Positions 22,370 through 35,328 of a stretch of 64,000 bases of DNA are shown here, piece by piece. The notes beneath the pieces were generated by a model that saw only the letters and a program-made list of their open reading frames with translations, had not been told where the DNA came from and did not search any database. How positions within the stretch are numbered: position 1 is the first letter of the stretch; the number at the start of each line of letters is the position of its first letter. Where the stretch lies: the NCBI GenBank assembly GCA_023334545.1, contig JAADVB010000030.1:46714-110713 (forward strand). Direction: 5' to 3'. This stretch comes from Salisapilia sapeloensis CBS 127946. Its lineage: Eukaryota; Protista; Oomycota. The translations under genes were made by a program, and so were the position numbers.

Positions 22370-24822
22370 ATGAATACGTCTCCTCTAGCGGCAGGAGAGG
22401 ACACGACCGAGACCAAGCCCAGTCGAATGCACACGCCGAGGAACGGCGCCGAGTCCCCCGGGAGAGGGAGCACCCCGAGCTTTTTCAGGAACGCCACCAA
22501 CTCGTCTTCCCAGCGAACCAACTCGGGCGGAGGCACGGGGACGCCCAAGAGCAAGCACACCAACGCCTCCTTACGACACTTTTCCCTAGGCAGGAGCAAT
22601 AAGCACAACAATGACGCAGGACGGAGCACCAGCGGCGGAGACGCCGCCGACATACGGCACTCGCTAGGCGCCAAGAAGAACAAGAAGAAGAAGGGCGGCA
22701 AGCACGATCAAGGCGCGCCCGTCAGGTCCGGGTCCGCCGGCGCAGAAGGCAGCATCCTCTCCAACTTTTACCCCAAGCGCCACACGCGCAAGGCACTCGC
22801 CGTCACGGCAGCGCTCGCCGCCCAGGGCAGTAGCGACACGAGCTCGGATGGACTCGACGTCCTCCGGATAGAGATCCCCAAGTGGCTGTCGAGGAACGTC
22901 GACACGGACCGCGGCGACGGACACGGCATTATTAACTCGCCAGGCCCGATGGTCCAGGCTGGCCAGCGCTCGTCCACGTGGAACGGCAAAGACACGGACG
23001 ACCAGACGTCTGCGGGCGACGGCAAGCGCTACACGGTCTTCCTCGTCCACGTCCACTACCGCAACGGCCGGATCATCAAGCTCGAGAAGCGCTACAGCCA
23101 CTTTCGAGAGCTCCACAAGGTCCTTCGACGCAAGTACCCTGGCGTAAGCAAATTCTACTTTCCCCCCAAGAAGTTCTTCCTCTCGCTCTCGCTCCACGTC
23201 ATCGAGCAGCGTCGAGAAGCCATCGAGAACTACATGAACGCCGTCCTGTCGCTCAAACCGAGGCCGGACGAACTCTTAGAGTTCCTCACAGACGGACAGG
23301 ACTTTGTCGACGACGACGACGACGCAGACTTTTACGCCAACAACCCCGAGGTCGAGACCAAGCCAGAGCCAGAAGCCTCTCCTCTGGTCTCGGCGCATCA
23401 GCCTAAGCCTCCGTCTCCCCTGGCGCTCCCGACCAAGGACCCGACGACCAAAACGCCTTCGATTGAGCACCTAGAGCCCCACACGCATCGAGAGCAGATC
23501 AAACCCACGGACGAGGCGCACAAGCAGAGGCCGCCTCCACCTGCTACGCCCAGTACGCTGCCGCAGCACGCGCCGGCAGATCGACAGTCGCTCTCGCCCA
23601 CGTACGACGTGAACGCTGTGCCGGCGCCTCGATCGAGCACGAGCAGCGTGGGCGCCACTGGCGTGAACATGACGGACTTTGAGATCCTTAAGATGCTCGG
23701 GAAAGGGTCCTTTGGCAAGGTGTACATGGTGCGGGAGAAGCGGACGAACGAGATTCTGGCGATGAAAGTGCTGCGGAAGGCAGAGCTGGTGAAGCGCAAC
23801 CAGGTGCAGCACACGATGACCGAGAGGCGGATTATGAGCGCTGTAAGCCACCCGTTCGTGGTGGAGCTCCGGTACTCTTTCCAGACGCAGAGCAAGCTGG
23901 TCATGATCTCCGAGTACTGCTGCGGCGGAGAGATCTTCTTCCATTTAAAAAAGTTCCGCTCCTTCTCGGAAGCCATGGTCCGCTTCTACGCCGCGGAGCT
24001 CGTGTCTGCCATCGGACACCTCCACAGCAAGGACGTCATCTACCGAGACCTCAAGCCAGAGAACATTTTGCTGGATGAACAGGGACACGTCCAGCTGACG
24101 GACTTTGGCCTCTCCAAGATGGATTGCACCGAGTTCCTTGGCGCCAAGACATTCTGCGGCACGCCAGAGTACCTGGCGCCCGAGATGCTCATCAGCCGGC
24201 GCCGGAAGACCGAGTACGGCAAGGCAGTCGACTGGTGGTCTCTCGGCACGCTCATGTACGAGATGCTCACGGGCTGGCCGCCCTTCTTCGACCGCAACAT
24301 CGAGAAGATGTGCACCAAGATTATGAAGGCGCCGCTCAAGTTTCCGGCGCACTTTGGCCTCAGCCCCGATGTCAAGGACCTCATTAGCGGGCTCTTGGAG
24401 CGAGACCCGAACAACCGGCTCGGCTGTCGGCCGGACGCCGGCGTCGAGGACATCAAGACCCACGCCTTTTTCAACGACATCGACTGGACGGCCCTCGAGC
24501 GCCGGTCTGTCAAGCCTCCGTTCAAGCCTCGCGTCCGAGGCCCGACGGACCTCCAGAACTTTGATAAGGAATTCACCAAGGAGCTGCCGGACCAGCACTT
24601 TTTACAGGTACGTTTTTTTGGTATATATATGGACATTGCGGGAGACTGATGTGGTGTGCTCTGATTTTATAGCAAGACCGGCGGCTGTCGTCGTCCCCCA
24701 AGAACGAGTTCAACGGCTTCTCGTACACGCGCCAAGTGCGTGGGCTGCCCAAGGAGCTGCGAGGCACCGACGTGCGCTACTCTGGCGACGGCTCCGGCGT
24801 ACGCCCCCTCTCCAATTCTTAA
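22370..24822 (+). CDS. PX-domain AGC kinase (SGK3/Akt-like), 2 exons (22370-24607, 24673-24822)
   Basis: PX segment (YTVFLVHV...KRYSHFRELHKVL...FPPKKFF...IEQRREAIENYM); kinase motifs GKGSFGKV, YRDLKPEN, DFG and TFCGTPEYLAPE; hydrophobic motif EFNGFSY. Confidence 0.95.
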
Positions 24823-25246
24823 AGTAGTTGCCCCGGCGCTTCGAAGGCGTCACTAGTGTGCATATTGAAAGAATTGTAGGAATCAAGTGAAATAACCCTT
24901 TACTTACTGGTTACCACTTCGCCTTTGTTGTATCTTGACAGAGTAGTCGTACGTAGGCTGAATTGCGATAAGGGAATATGCGGGATACTTTGGATCGCGA
25001 AGAGACACTGAATGGAACAAGAATGCTCATTCATCAATAAAACTAGTTCTGACAAAGGTACTGGATCGGAGATGTAGCCTATTATTGTTGATCATGCATG
25101 CGGTCATCATCTGCATTCATATGAGCTCGTAGGAATACAGGATTAAACATTACGACCAAAGAAATGACAACGATACTTTGATAGCGAATTTCAAGGTCGT
25201 GTTATGTCCGTTCTAGTTGTACATTCGAGAGATGGTAAATAGCGAG

Positions 25247-27436
25247 CTACGCGGCAATCGTCGCCGCCGGATAGTCCATGTCCACGTCGCTGACATCGTC
25301 GTCCTGGAAAAACACAGGCAGCATTTCCCGCATCGGGTGCTTAGACGTGTGCTCGGTGAAGTTGTACACGCGCTCCCACGTCCCGTTGACATTGGCATAT
25401 CGATGTCCAATCTCACTCATCTGGTCTACTCGAAAGTCATGAATACCAAGATAAGCAGCAATCAAAGGAAAAGCACATACCGTGGCAAGCGTGGCACAGG
25501 TCATAATCATTGCACAAGAGGCAATTGTAGCGAGGGCCCTGGAAGTCAGTAATACCGCACGAGTCACAGATGAATCCCAAGTGCCTTCCTTCCATGATAT
25601 ACTCTAGCGTTTTCCGTCCGTCTTCTTGACACTTTCGGAAGGCACTTCGGACGCGAAACTTGGGCATGTCCAGTTTCTCCGCCAGCGTTTCAATCTGCCC
25701 CAACGTCGGAGCTCGGATCGGGTGCTGCGCTAGGTGCTGCGCCTGGCTATATTGGTCATCCAGCAGTCCGTCTGTCGTGTCGTAGAGCTTGGCCCACGCC
25801 TGAGGCGTGCTGGGTAAGAAGATGAGGATGTCTCCTACCTGCAACGTGTTCTGCGCATCGTACGGGATGGCGGTAGAGATGACTTTCGGCGCGATCTCCT
25901 CCTTGACCATGGTCATGTCGGCAGAACAAGTCTCTAGCGTCTGTGCGACGACGTCATAGATGGAGCTTATGGAAATGCCAGCGTGCATGTAGAAGCGTCC
26001 GAGGTACTCGATCTGAGACATGCGTACGTTCATCGTCTTGACAAATACGAAACCTTGCTTCTCTGATATGAAAGAGCTCGGTTGGCATGGCAAAGGTTCA
26101 AGCGGCAGGTCGTCATGGACCTTGTCCTCGACGTAGATCTGGCAGAACGAGTAGGCGTCGATATCTACTCCGTCCGCCAGTAGCTTTCCAAACAGAGGTC
26201 GATGCGGATCATTCTCTGGATGCGTCAAGAGCTTCCGAGGTCGTAGCGCCTGTCCGGATGCGATGGGCTGGTTGAAGCACCAGACGTCCGTTTCCGTCGG
26301 GTGGAGGTTGTATGTGCGACAGAGCGCCGTGATGAGGTCGTTCAAGGTGCAGCAAAAGGGCAATTCGAGCGTCTCGGATTGCGTCAAGTCGACGAGTCCG
26401 AGTTCGTGGTGGCGCTTCAAGTGTCTTTCGAAGAGCACTCGGAACGTGATGGTCATGACACGCACGTGCGCCGTGATGGTGAGCGCTCCGGTGGTCGGGT
26501 GGACGTACCCGTTCTCTGGTTTGTGGAGCATCGAGAGCGCTCCGAGGGAGTGGACGCCCCAGTTGTTGAGTTGACGATCAAACTTGTTGTCCTGGAGAGA
26601 GGAATGCCAGGCCAGGCGTTTGGATTCCGACTGGACGTTTTCGACTGCGAGAGAGAAGACGGCGCAGGTGAGCCAGTCAGGTGGACGGCTTGAGAGGTCT
26701 GTGAGGACGAGGTAGACGCTGAGGGCTTTGCCAGCGTACTGCAGTTCGTTGGGGTTTCCACGCGGGAAGATCCAGAGACAAAAGTGGTGTTCTCCAATGG
26801 CGAAAGTGTCCGATATGATTTTCTCCTGCTCGGTCTTGGCAAAGTTGTCGATGCGGACGCTGCATTCGGCTCGGACGTTTCGCTTGTGCTGCTCCTGGAA
26901 GCACGTTCGCCAGCTTCCTCCATACAGGCGCACGAGCTATATGTCTTTCTCAGTCTGTTTATATGTTGGTTGTATGGGGAGATACGTACGTCATAGTCTG
27001 GAGCTCCAGGTAGTTGCGGAAGGAGTTGTAGACGTAGACTCGGCCATCGAAGACGGCAGATCTTTTGCCACACTTGGTGGTCGTACGAGAGTTCGGCGAA
27101 CGTCCGGCAGACGTGTGCGGAGGTAAGGAGAGAGTGTCCGTCTAGCATAGATAGTACGCGATGTACGATCTCCTTTGGCAGTCGGTAGATGAGCGACACG
27201 GGCGGAGGCGGCGCGACGGTGGGCGACGGTGCCGAGAGGATGGTACAGTGCGTCCTCGGGAGTGGCAGGTGGAAGAGTGGTTTGGTCGGCCGAAGGAGGC
27301 TATCCGTGGATCCGACGACTCCTCCAGTGCTGTCAGTGGTGTGCTTGGGTCCGGAGTCGGACGCGACGGAGACGGTCATGTCGGACGAACAGCGTCTAGT
27401 GGTTCTTCTGAGAAGAGTTGGAATTTGAAACGGCAC
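25247..27436 (-). CDS. F-box + MATH/TRAF + two USP7-type UBL domains + UBA-like + ZZ zinc finger, 3 exons
   Basis: F-box LPKEIVHRVLSMLDGHSLLTSAHVCRTF; MATH (FAIGEHHFCLWIFPRGN...LSVYL...NNWG); ZZ CDSCGITDFQGPRYNCLLCNDYDLCHACH. Introns at ~26989-26940 and 25480-25426. Confidence 0.88.
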
Positions 27437-27819
27437 GACACCCTTTCAAGATTTCCAGGACGAGTGGAAATGTGGCCAAGGTGATGCTTTTACGAGTGTC
27501 TAGATACGAGTCGAACTGTTTGGTCGAGTCGAAGATCCGGTCGAGTAGTGGGCGCAGCAGATCCTTCCGAGAAGTAGTCCTAATATCCAGTAAACGTCCT
27601 GGTCATCTCTTTCAGACTCACTTGACGATATTAATGCAATGTAAACTCTTGGTATTGTACATGTCTCTTGTATTTAGTGGCTTCCTGTACGGACGCTAGT
27701 GACTAGAAAGTGGGTGCTCCGTCCGACTCACTCCAAGTAGACGAGTACTCTCTTCGATGGCATTATGTGTATAAAGCAGGCACGAAACGACCAAGTGGGG
27801 ACTTTGGATCACGAGCCGG

Positions 27820-30053
<2,234 letters not shown>

Positions 30054-30378
30054 AGAGACTAGTAGGGCGCAGGCAATGGGACGAGGAGATGAATGCATAT
30101 CACTTTCTTTGCACCTTACTTGTCTTCGTTTCTCGTCTGCATGTGTCGAAGGAGTGGCGGAGGAGGGATATCCACTGCTGTGTTGCAAAGTATGCAACTT
30201 TCTCTACGTACTAGCTGTATGGAAGTCCATTCCTAGCAGCGATGCAGCAGTCGGAAGAGGAAGCGTAGGCTTTCCATAGACCCCCGCTTTTGCAATACTC
30301 TAAAATTTCGTGCCCTAATTTGTCATTCAGGCGGATTGAAGTGAGAGCACAACACAAGCAGCGAAAGAAGCTTTTGGC

Positions 30379-32329
30379 ATGTCCAAGCTATTGCGACAAA
30401 GTGTGCGGCGGAGAGCTACTCGAATCCCCAATCATAGGCTGTATGCGAGCCATGCAGCGTCCGTATCTACCTTGACAAGTGCTAGGAAGGATGCAACCCT
30501 CCCTCTGGTCGTTCGTGCAGCAGACCAAGATGGATCCAAGTGGCTTTCCGTCGCAGCCATGGCAAGTGCCGGCGTCGCGCTTGCTGCTTTCGCAACAGAC
30601 GACCGAGCGTCATTGGAAGCGAAGGACTCCGAGGTAAGTCGATCTAGCAAAGCACGTACAAGTCAAAGCTGATAGGAAGAGCTACTTTAGGAACTTTCGT
30701 ATGCAGAAGCAGTCGAATCGATCCGGGCACAAGTGTCCGAGTTCCGATCTGCACTCAAGAGCAAGCAGTCACACGTCCCGCAGTCATACCCGATTCCAAA
30801 GATCTCCATCTCGCGCATAAAAGCTCCTAACGGCGTGAGCACCATCCGGATCGAGTTTAACTGCCCAACGTTTGTGGACCAAGAGGCCATTCTCGGTCGA
30901 TTCATATCGACTCTAGGCGCCAAGGAGACGATACAAACAGTCCCCGTCACGTCCACCACTATGGAAGGACACAAGTATTCTACCGTCCAGTACGTCTACA
31001 CGTCTGGTTGTGGCTCCTTCCACTTCCTTCGAGACTTGCCTACGACGCTCAAGCAGAGCAGGAGCTTTGTGTTCTACAAGGACCACAGCATGTCGACTGC
31101 AGAAGTGGATGCCGTGGTGGATGCGTACAAGGAGCTCTATGCTCCGACGAACGTCCGTAGGTTCCGTGCCCATAATATGGAGGACCGCAGACGACTTATG
31201 CGGGCTGATCAGACAGAGAAGCAGGGGAAGCAAGGTGGAGGGAAGCAGGAAGCTATCCAGCAGCTGGAGTCTCTCGGTATTGACGTGTATGAGCCGATGG
31301 AAGGCGAGCGGAGTCTCACGTGGGACAGTATTGTACGTCTATTCCTCTCGTACCTCTTGGATGTACCTAACGCTTGATGTAGGCTGGGTACGACGGCGTG
31401 AAGCAGGAGATTCAGGACACGGTCGTGTTGGCTCTGCAGCATCCAGAGCTGTATGACGACATCGCTCGCAAGACGCGCTTCCGGTACGAGAGCAATCGTC
31501 CTCGCGCTGTGCTCATGGAAGGTCCTCCTGGGACAGGGAAGACGCTAAGTGCGAGAGTGATTGCTCAGGAGGCTGGCGTCCCGATGATCCACCTTCCGAT
31601 TGAAAATGTCGTGAGCAAGTGGTATGGAGAGAGTGAGAAAAAGATGGCGTCGATCTTTGACGCTTGTGAAAAGCTCGATGGCGCGATTATCTTTATCGAC
31701 GAGGTAGAGACGATAGGAGGGAGGTTGGAGGTGGAGTGCTAATGATGGACTAGATTGATGCGTTAGCAGGAGACCGGTCTGGCGGGAATATGCATGAAGC
31801 ATCCAGACGCATCCTATCGGTGCTGCTGCAAAAGGTGGAAGGCTTTGCGTCTGCCCAGAAGACAACTGTCATCTGTGCCACGAATCGGTAGCGTCTAGAG
31901 ATCAATAATACTCGACAAGAATTTTTATACGCATGTGAATGAGTAGGAAAGAGGATTTGGACTCGGCACTCCTCAGTCGCTTTGACCTTGCGATCCGGTA
32001 CGATCTGCCAGACGACGCGACTCGGAAGGCCGTATTCGAACGCTACGCCAAGCAACTGACAGATAAAGATCTTACTGATCTAGCTGGAGTATCGGCCGGA
32101 TTATCCTGTCGAGACGTTAAGGAGGTACGTGGTCTAGGTCCTATCTCGTCTTCCGCTACTGACGTTTAACTAGATCTGTGAGTACGCCGAACGCAAGTGG
32201 GCTTCTCGCGTCGTACGAAAGGAAGCACGTGGAGACCTACCGTCGATTGAACTTTACATGGAAGCGGTAAAGATGCACACGCGCGGCTTGTCTCGCGCAG
32301 GAGCGTCGGACGATGTGGTGGAAGCCTAA
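30379..32329 (+). CDS. Single-module AAA+ ATPase with an N-terminal mitochondrial-type presequence; multi-exon
   Basis: Walker A MEGPPGTGKT, Walker B IIFIDE, CATN|RKEDLDSALLSRFD arginine finger; Arg/Ser/Ala-rich N-terminus. Confidence 0.9.
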
Positions 32330-32398
32330 TAGGATGCTCTGAAGGACTGTCGAAAAATGTTTTGACGGGAAATATACCACGATGTATCTCGCGCAATT

Positions 32399-32566
32399 GT
32401 TTAACCCGTGTTTGCAATGAATACCGATTCGGCATGATTGGGTTTCGTATTTTGTAGCTCTATTCATGGTGCTCGAATCAGCAAACTTTGCGTCCGTTGA
32501 GCGTAGCCGATTTTGCTCTGCCACTTGCCATTGGAAACCTAACGGAACACTTTAATGTAGCATTCC
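32399..32566 (+). repeat. Diverged dispersed repeat, copy A (homologous to 63784-63950)
   Basis: Aligns by eye, e.g. TCGAATCAGCAAACTTTGC vs TCGAATCGGCAAACTCTGC and GCCACTTGCCATTGGAAACCTAACG vs GCCACATGCCATTGGAAACCCAACG. Confidence 0.8.
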
Positions 32567-32707
32567 CGCCAAAAAGGAAGTATGAAAGCAACTAATTGTT
32601 CGTCTTGGATCCAACCATGAGGAAATGATCTTCGAGAAGACTTCAAGCCACGCCTGGTTCTCAAAGTGTGCACATTTGAAAAAGCGCGTGAAAGACTTGG
32701 TGAGCTC

Positions 32708-32857
32708 TTCGCTTTACTTGCGCTAGTGAGCTCTTCGCTACTATTTCGGAACAGGCATAGTACAGTGGTGGGCGAAATAATTGAGCGATATTTGTGACTC
32801 GCACTGTACTCCGTCCCACTGAAATGGCGAAGAGCTCAATGTTGCAAGTAAATCGAA
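32708..32857. repeat. Imperfect ~150-nt inverted repeat (fold-back)
   Basis: Nested complementary blocks: TTTACTTGC/GCAAGTAAA, TGAGCTCTTCGC/GCGAAGAGCTCA, ATTTC/GAAAT, AGTACAGTG/CACTGTACT, AAATA/TATTT around a 9-nt loop. Confidence 0.85.
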
Positions 32858-33354
32858 TGACACTTCAACCTGAATGGCTTCTGAGGATACACCATGATAC
32901 GTTCGATTCTATGCCCACCGAAGCATGACAGAGGAGCGAACGATATACGTGAACGGAAACGTAAGAATAAGGTGAACCATCAAAGGCTTGAATATTGGTT
33001 TCTACAACACTTTTGCGCGTTTATTCACATAGTGCCTGAAATACCTCGCCTAATACCCGATTATCCACTCAACGAAGACAGCCTTAAACTAGCTCAAATT
33101 TATAAAAAAGGCTTGCTTTACTTGGTAGAGTGCGTATATTGCACTTTTTCATATTTGCTACGTAGTCTCAGTACTCCAAATGACAACAACCGGGAGTCCC
33201 GACGCTTTTGGATTTATTCGTTCGGAATGTTTTGTATACGTTATAAAACGGAAGAATGGCCGAAAGTTATAAAACTGAGGAACGGCTGTGTGTCTATCCC
33301 TCGACAAGTGTACGAGTATCGAGGCCGTACGTCCGAAACCAGTCAAAAGAAGGA

Positions 33355-34562
33355 ATGGGAACTCGCGTATACATTGGAGGTCTACCCCGCGACGCGACGT
33401 CTCGGGAAGTGCAAGACGCTTTCAGTCGCTACGGCTACGTGTCGAATATTTGGATCGCTCGGAACCCGCCTGGCTTCGCTTTCATCGTAAGTGTTTTCGC
33501 TCGTATGCGCGCCGTCGGGCTTGTCCCGCCAAGGATCGGTCTCGTTCCTACAAACTTCGCGCTCTCGGAGCTAGGACGAACATGATTCTCTACGTACAAG
33601 TCTCTGTGTATACATTTATATACGACGACCACTTGGCGAGCGAGATGGAGCTACGCATCGAATGATCTGCGCGTGACGCTGCGTCGCTTCGTTCGCTCCT
33701 TACATCGCCTCGACGCGCTATTCTGTCTCGATTTCTTCACGCAGTCGTCTCACTCTTCCTCCGTCTCTCCGTACCCACCCTCCATTTACTAGGATTTCGA
33801 AGACCCTCGCGACGCCGATGACGCTATTCGCTCCATGGACGGGCGAGACTTTCTAGGCGGAAGGTATCTCCCTCCTCCCTCATTGCTACCTAGGAACACA
33901 TTCTTATCTAGCCTACAGAATCCGAGTGGAGATTGCGCGTGGAGGAAGCCGTCGCGACAGGGAAGGAGGCGGCGGACGTGGCGGCGGAGAAGAACGCAAA
34001 GGTAGGGTGTGCCAAGTGGAATACCAGTGTACATGTATCAACGACAGGATAGGCCGCAACCCACCGCAGCGGACCGACTTCAAGGTGCGTGTGTCGGACC
34101 TCCCGCGTGGCATTGACTGGCGTAACGTCAAGGACTACCTCCGTACGGGTGGTGAAGTTACGTTCTGTGACATTGAGTCGGACGGCACAGCGTACGTTCT
34201 ACCGGCCTATCGATTCCCCATCGTCTTCTCATCCGCATAATAGAGTGGCCGAGTTCATGACCAAGAACGACATGGACGACGCCATCAAGAAGCTGGATGA
34301 TACCGAGTTCCGTGGCAACTACATTCGCGTCCAGGCCGAGAGCGGCGCCGGCGGAGGCAGCGGTGGCCGTCGCTCTCGCTCCAGGTCTCCCCGTCGCGAC
34401 CGCCGCTCTCGCTCGCGTTCGAACGGGCGTCGTGAGTCTCCTCGCCGCGACCGTCGTTCTCGCTCTCGAAGTGGCGGCGACCGAGAAGCTCGTTCGCCTC
34501 GTCGGTCTCGCTCCAAGTCCCCGGCCGCGAGTTCTCCTCCGCCACGCAAGAACTCGGTGTAA
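33355..34562 (+). CDS. SR splicing factor, two RRMs plus RS domain (SRSF1-like); multi-exon
   Basis: MGTRVYIGGLP...RNPPGFAFI|DFEDPRDADDAIRSMDG; second RRM with DWRNVKDYLR (SWQDLKD-type motif); RS-dipeptide tail. Confidence 0.93.
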
Positions 34563-34823
34563 GGACCGACTGGTTTTTGGACGCGTGCGTTTCGATAGTC
34601 AAGAGAGAGAGAGAGGATAAGAGAAATGTATGCGACTTTGGCATTCCGTACGTCTTGTGATGGTTTATAAGGGTAGAAGAGGAAGGGAACGAAAGACATG
34701 ATGGACCTGCTCGAAAACGATGCTGAGATTTACCTACGGATAGAGCCCAGCCGCGGCGTCTCATACATCAGAGTAGGTCTCGACGTTGCGGAAGACTGCC
34801 CGTGCTAGTTGGATGCCACGACT

Positions 34824-35157
34824 CTAAATATCCTTGCGCTGGAGACCTATCGAGAGCAAGTAAGACAAGGCGTTTCGATACTAGTTGGAAAGGCAAGAAC
34901 GTACCAGGAGGCAGGGACTGCGTGAGCTTGTTAGCCTTCTCGGTGTCCGTGACGCAGAGCGTGTAGAGGTAGCGAGAGCAGCGGATCTTGAACTTGACGA
35001 CCTTGTCGCTCTTCTTGATCTTGACCGAGCGCGCATCCTTTCGGCGCGCTTTTTGCAAAAAGTCGCGGATGTCCGTGATTTGCTTCGGCTACATATACAC
35101 AAGAACACTAGTCAGTCATCTCTCTCCTTGGACATCAGCGACCTAAGGACGCACCAT
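34824..35157 (-). CDS. RPL38: 60S ribosomal protein L38, 3 exons (first coding exon is ATG only)
   Basis: M|[61 protein letters not shown]|GLQRKDI. Confidence 0.97.
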
Positions 35158-35328
35158 GGTGGTAGTGGGCTTGTCTTCTCAACTGCAGCCGAGCGCAGGT
35201 TTTGAATTGGTCTTGGCCAGTCGATTTGACTGGCCCGGAACTGCCATACAAAAACCAAGACCAGCAGCTTGTAGAGCTCTCGTGGCAATTGGTGGAAACT
35301 AGACGACCTCGAGACACCAGTCGCCAAC

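Noticed and set aside
25247-25567. 106-aa ORF as a separate gene
   Set aside because: Its 3' part is the last exon of the F-box/MATH/ZZ gene (intron 25480-25426).
32470-32560. AP2-like reading (GKWQSKIGY) on the - strand of repeat copy A
   Set aside because: It lacks the downstream LG.F motif, and the synonymous changes between copies support the + frame instead.
32894-33490. 198-aa ORF overlapping the SR gene start
   Set aside because: No recognisable domain, AT-rich promoter-like composition, and out of frame with SR exon 1.
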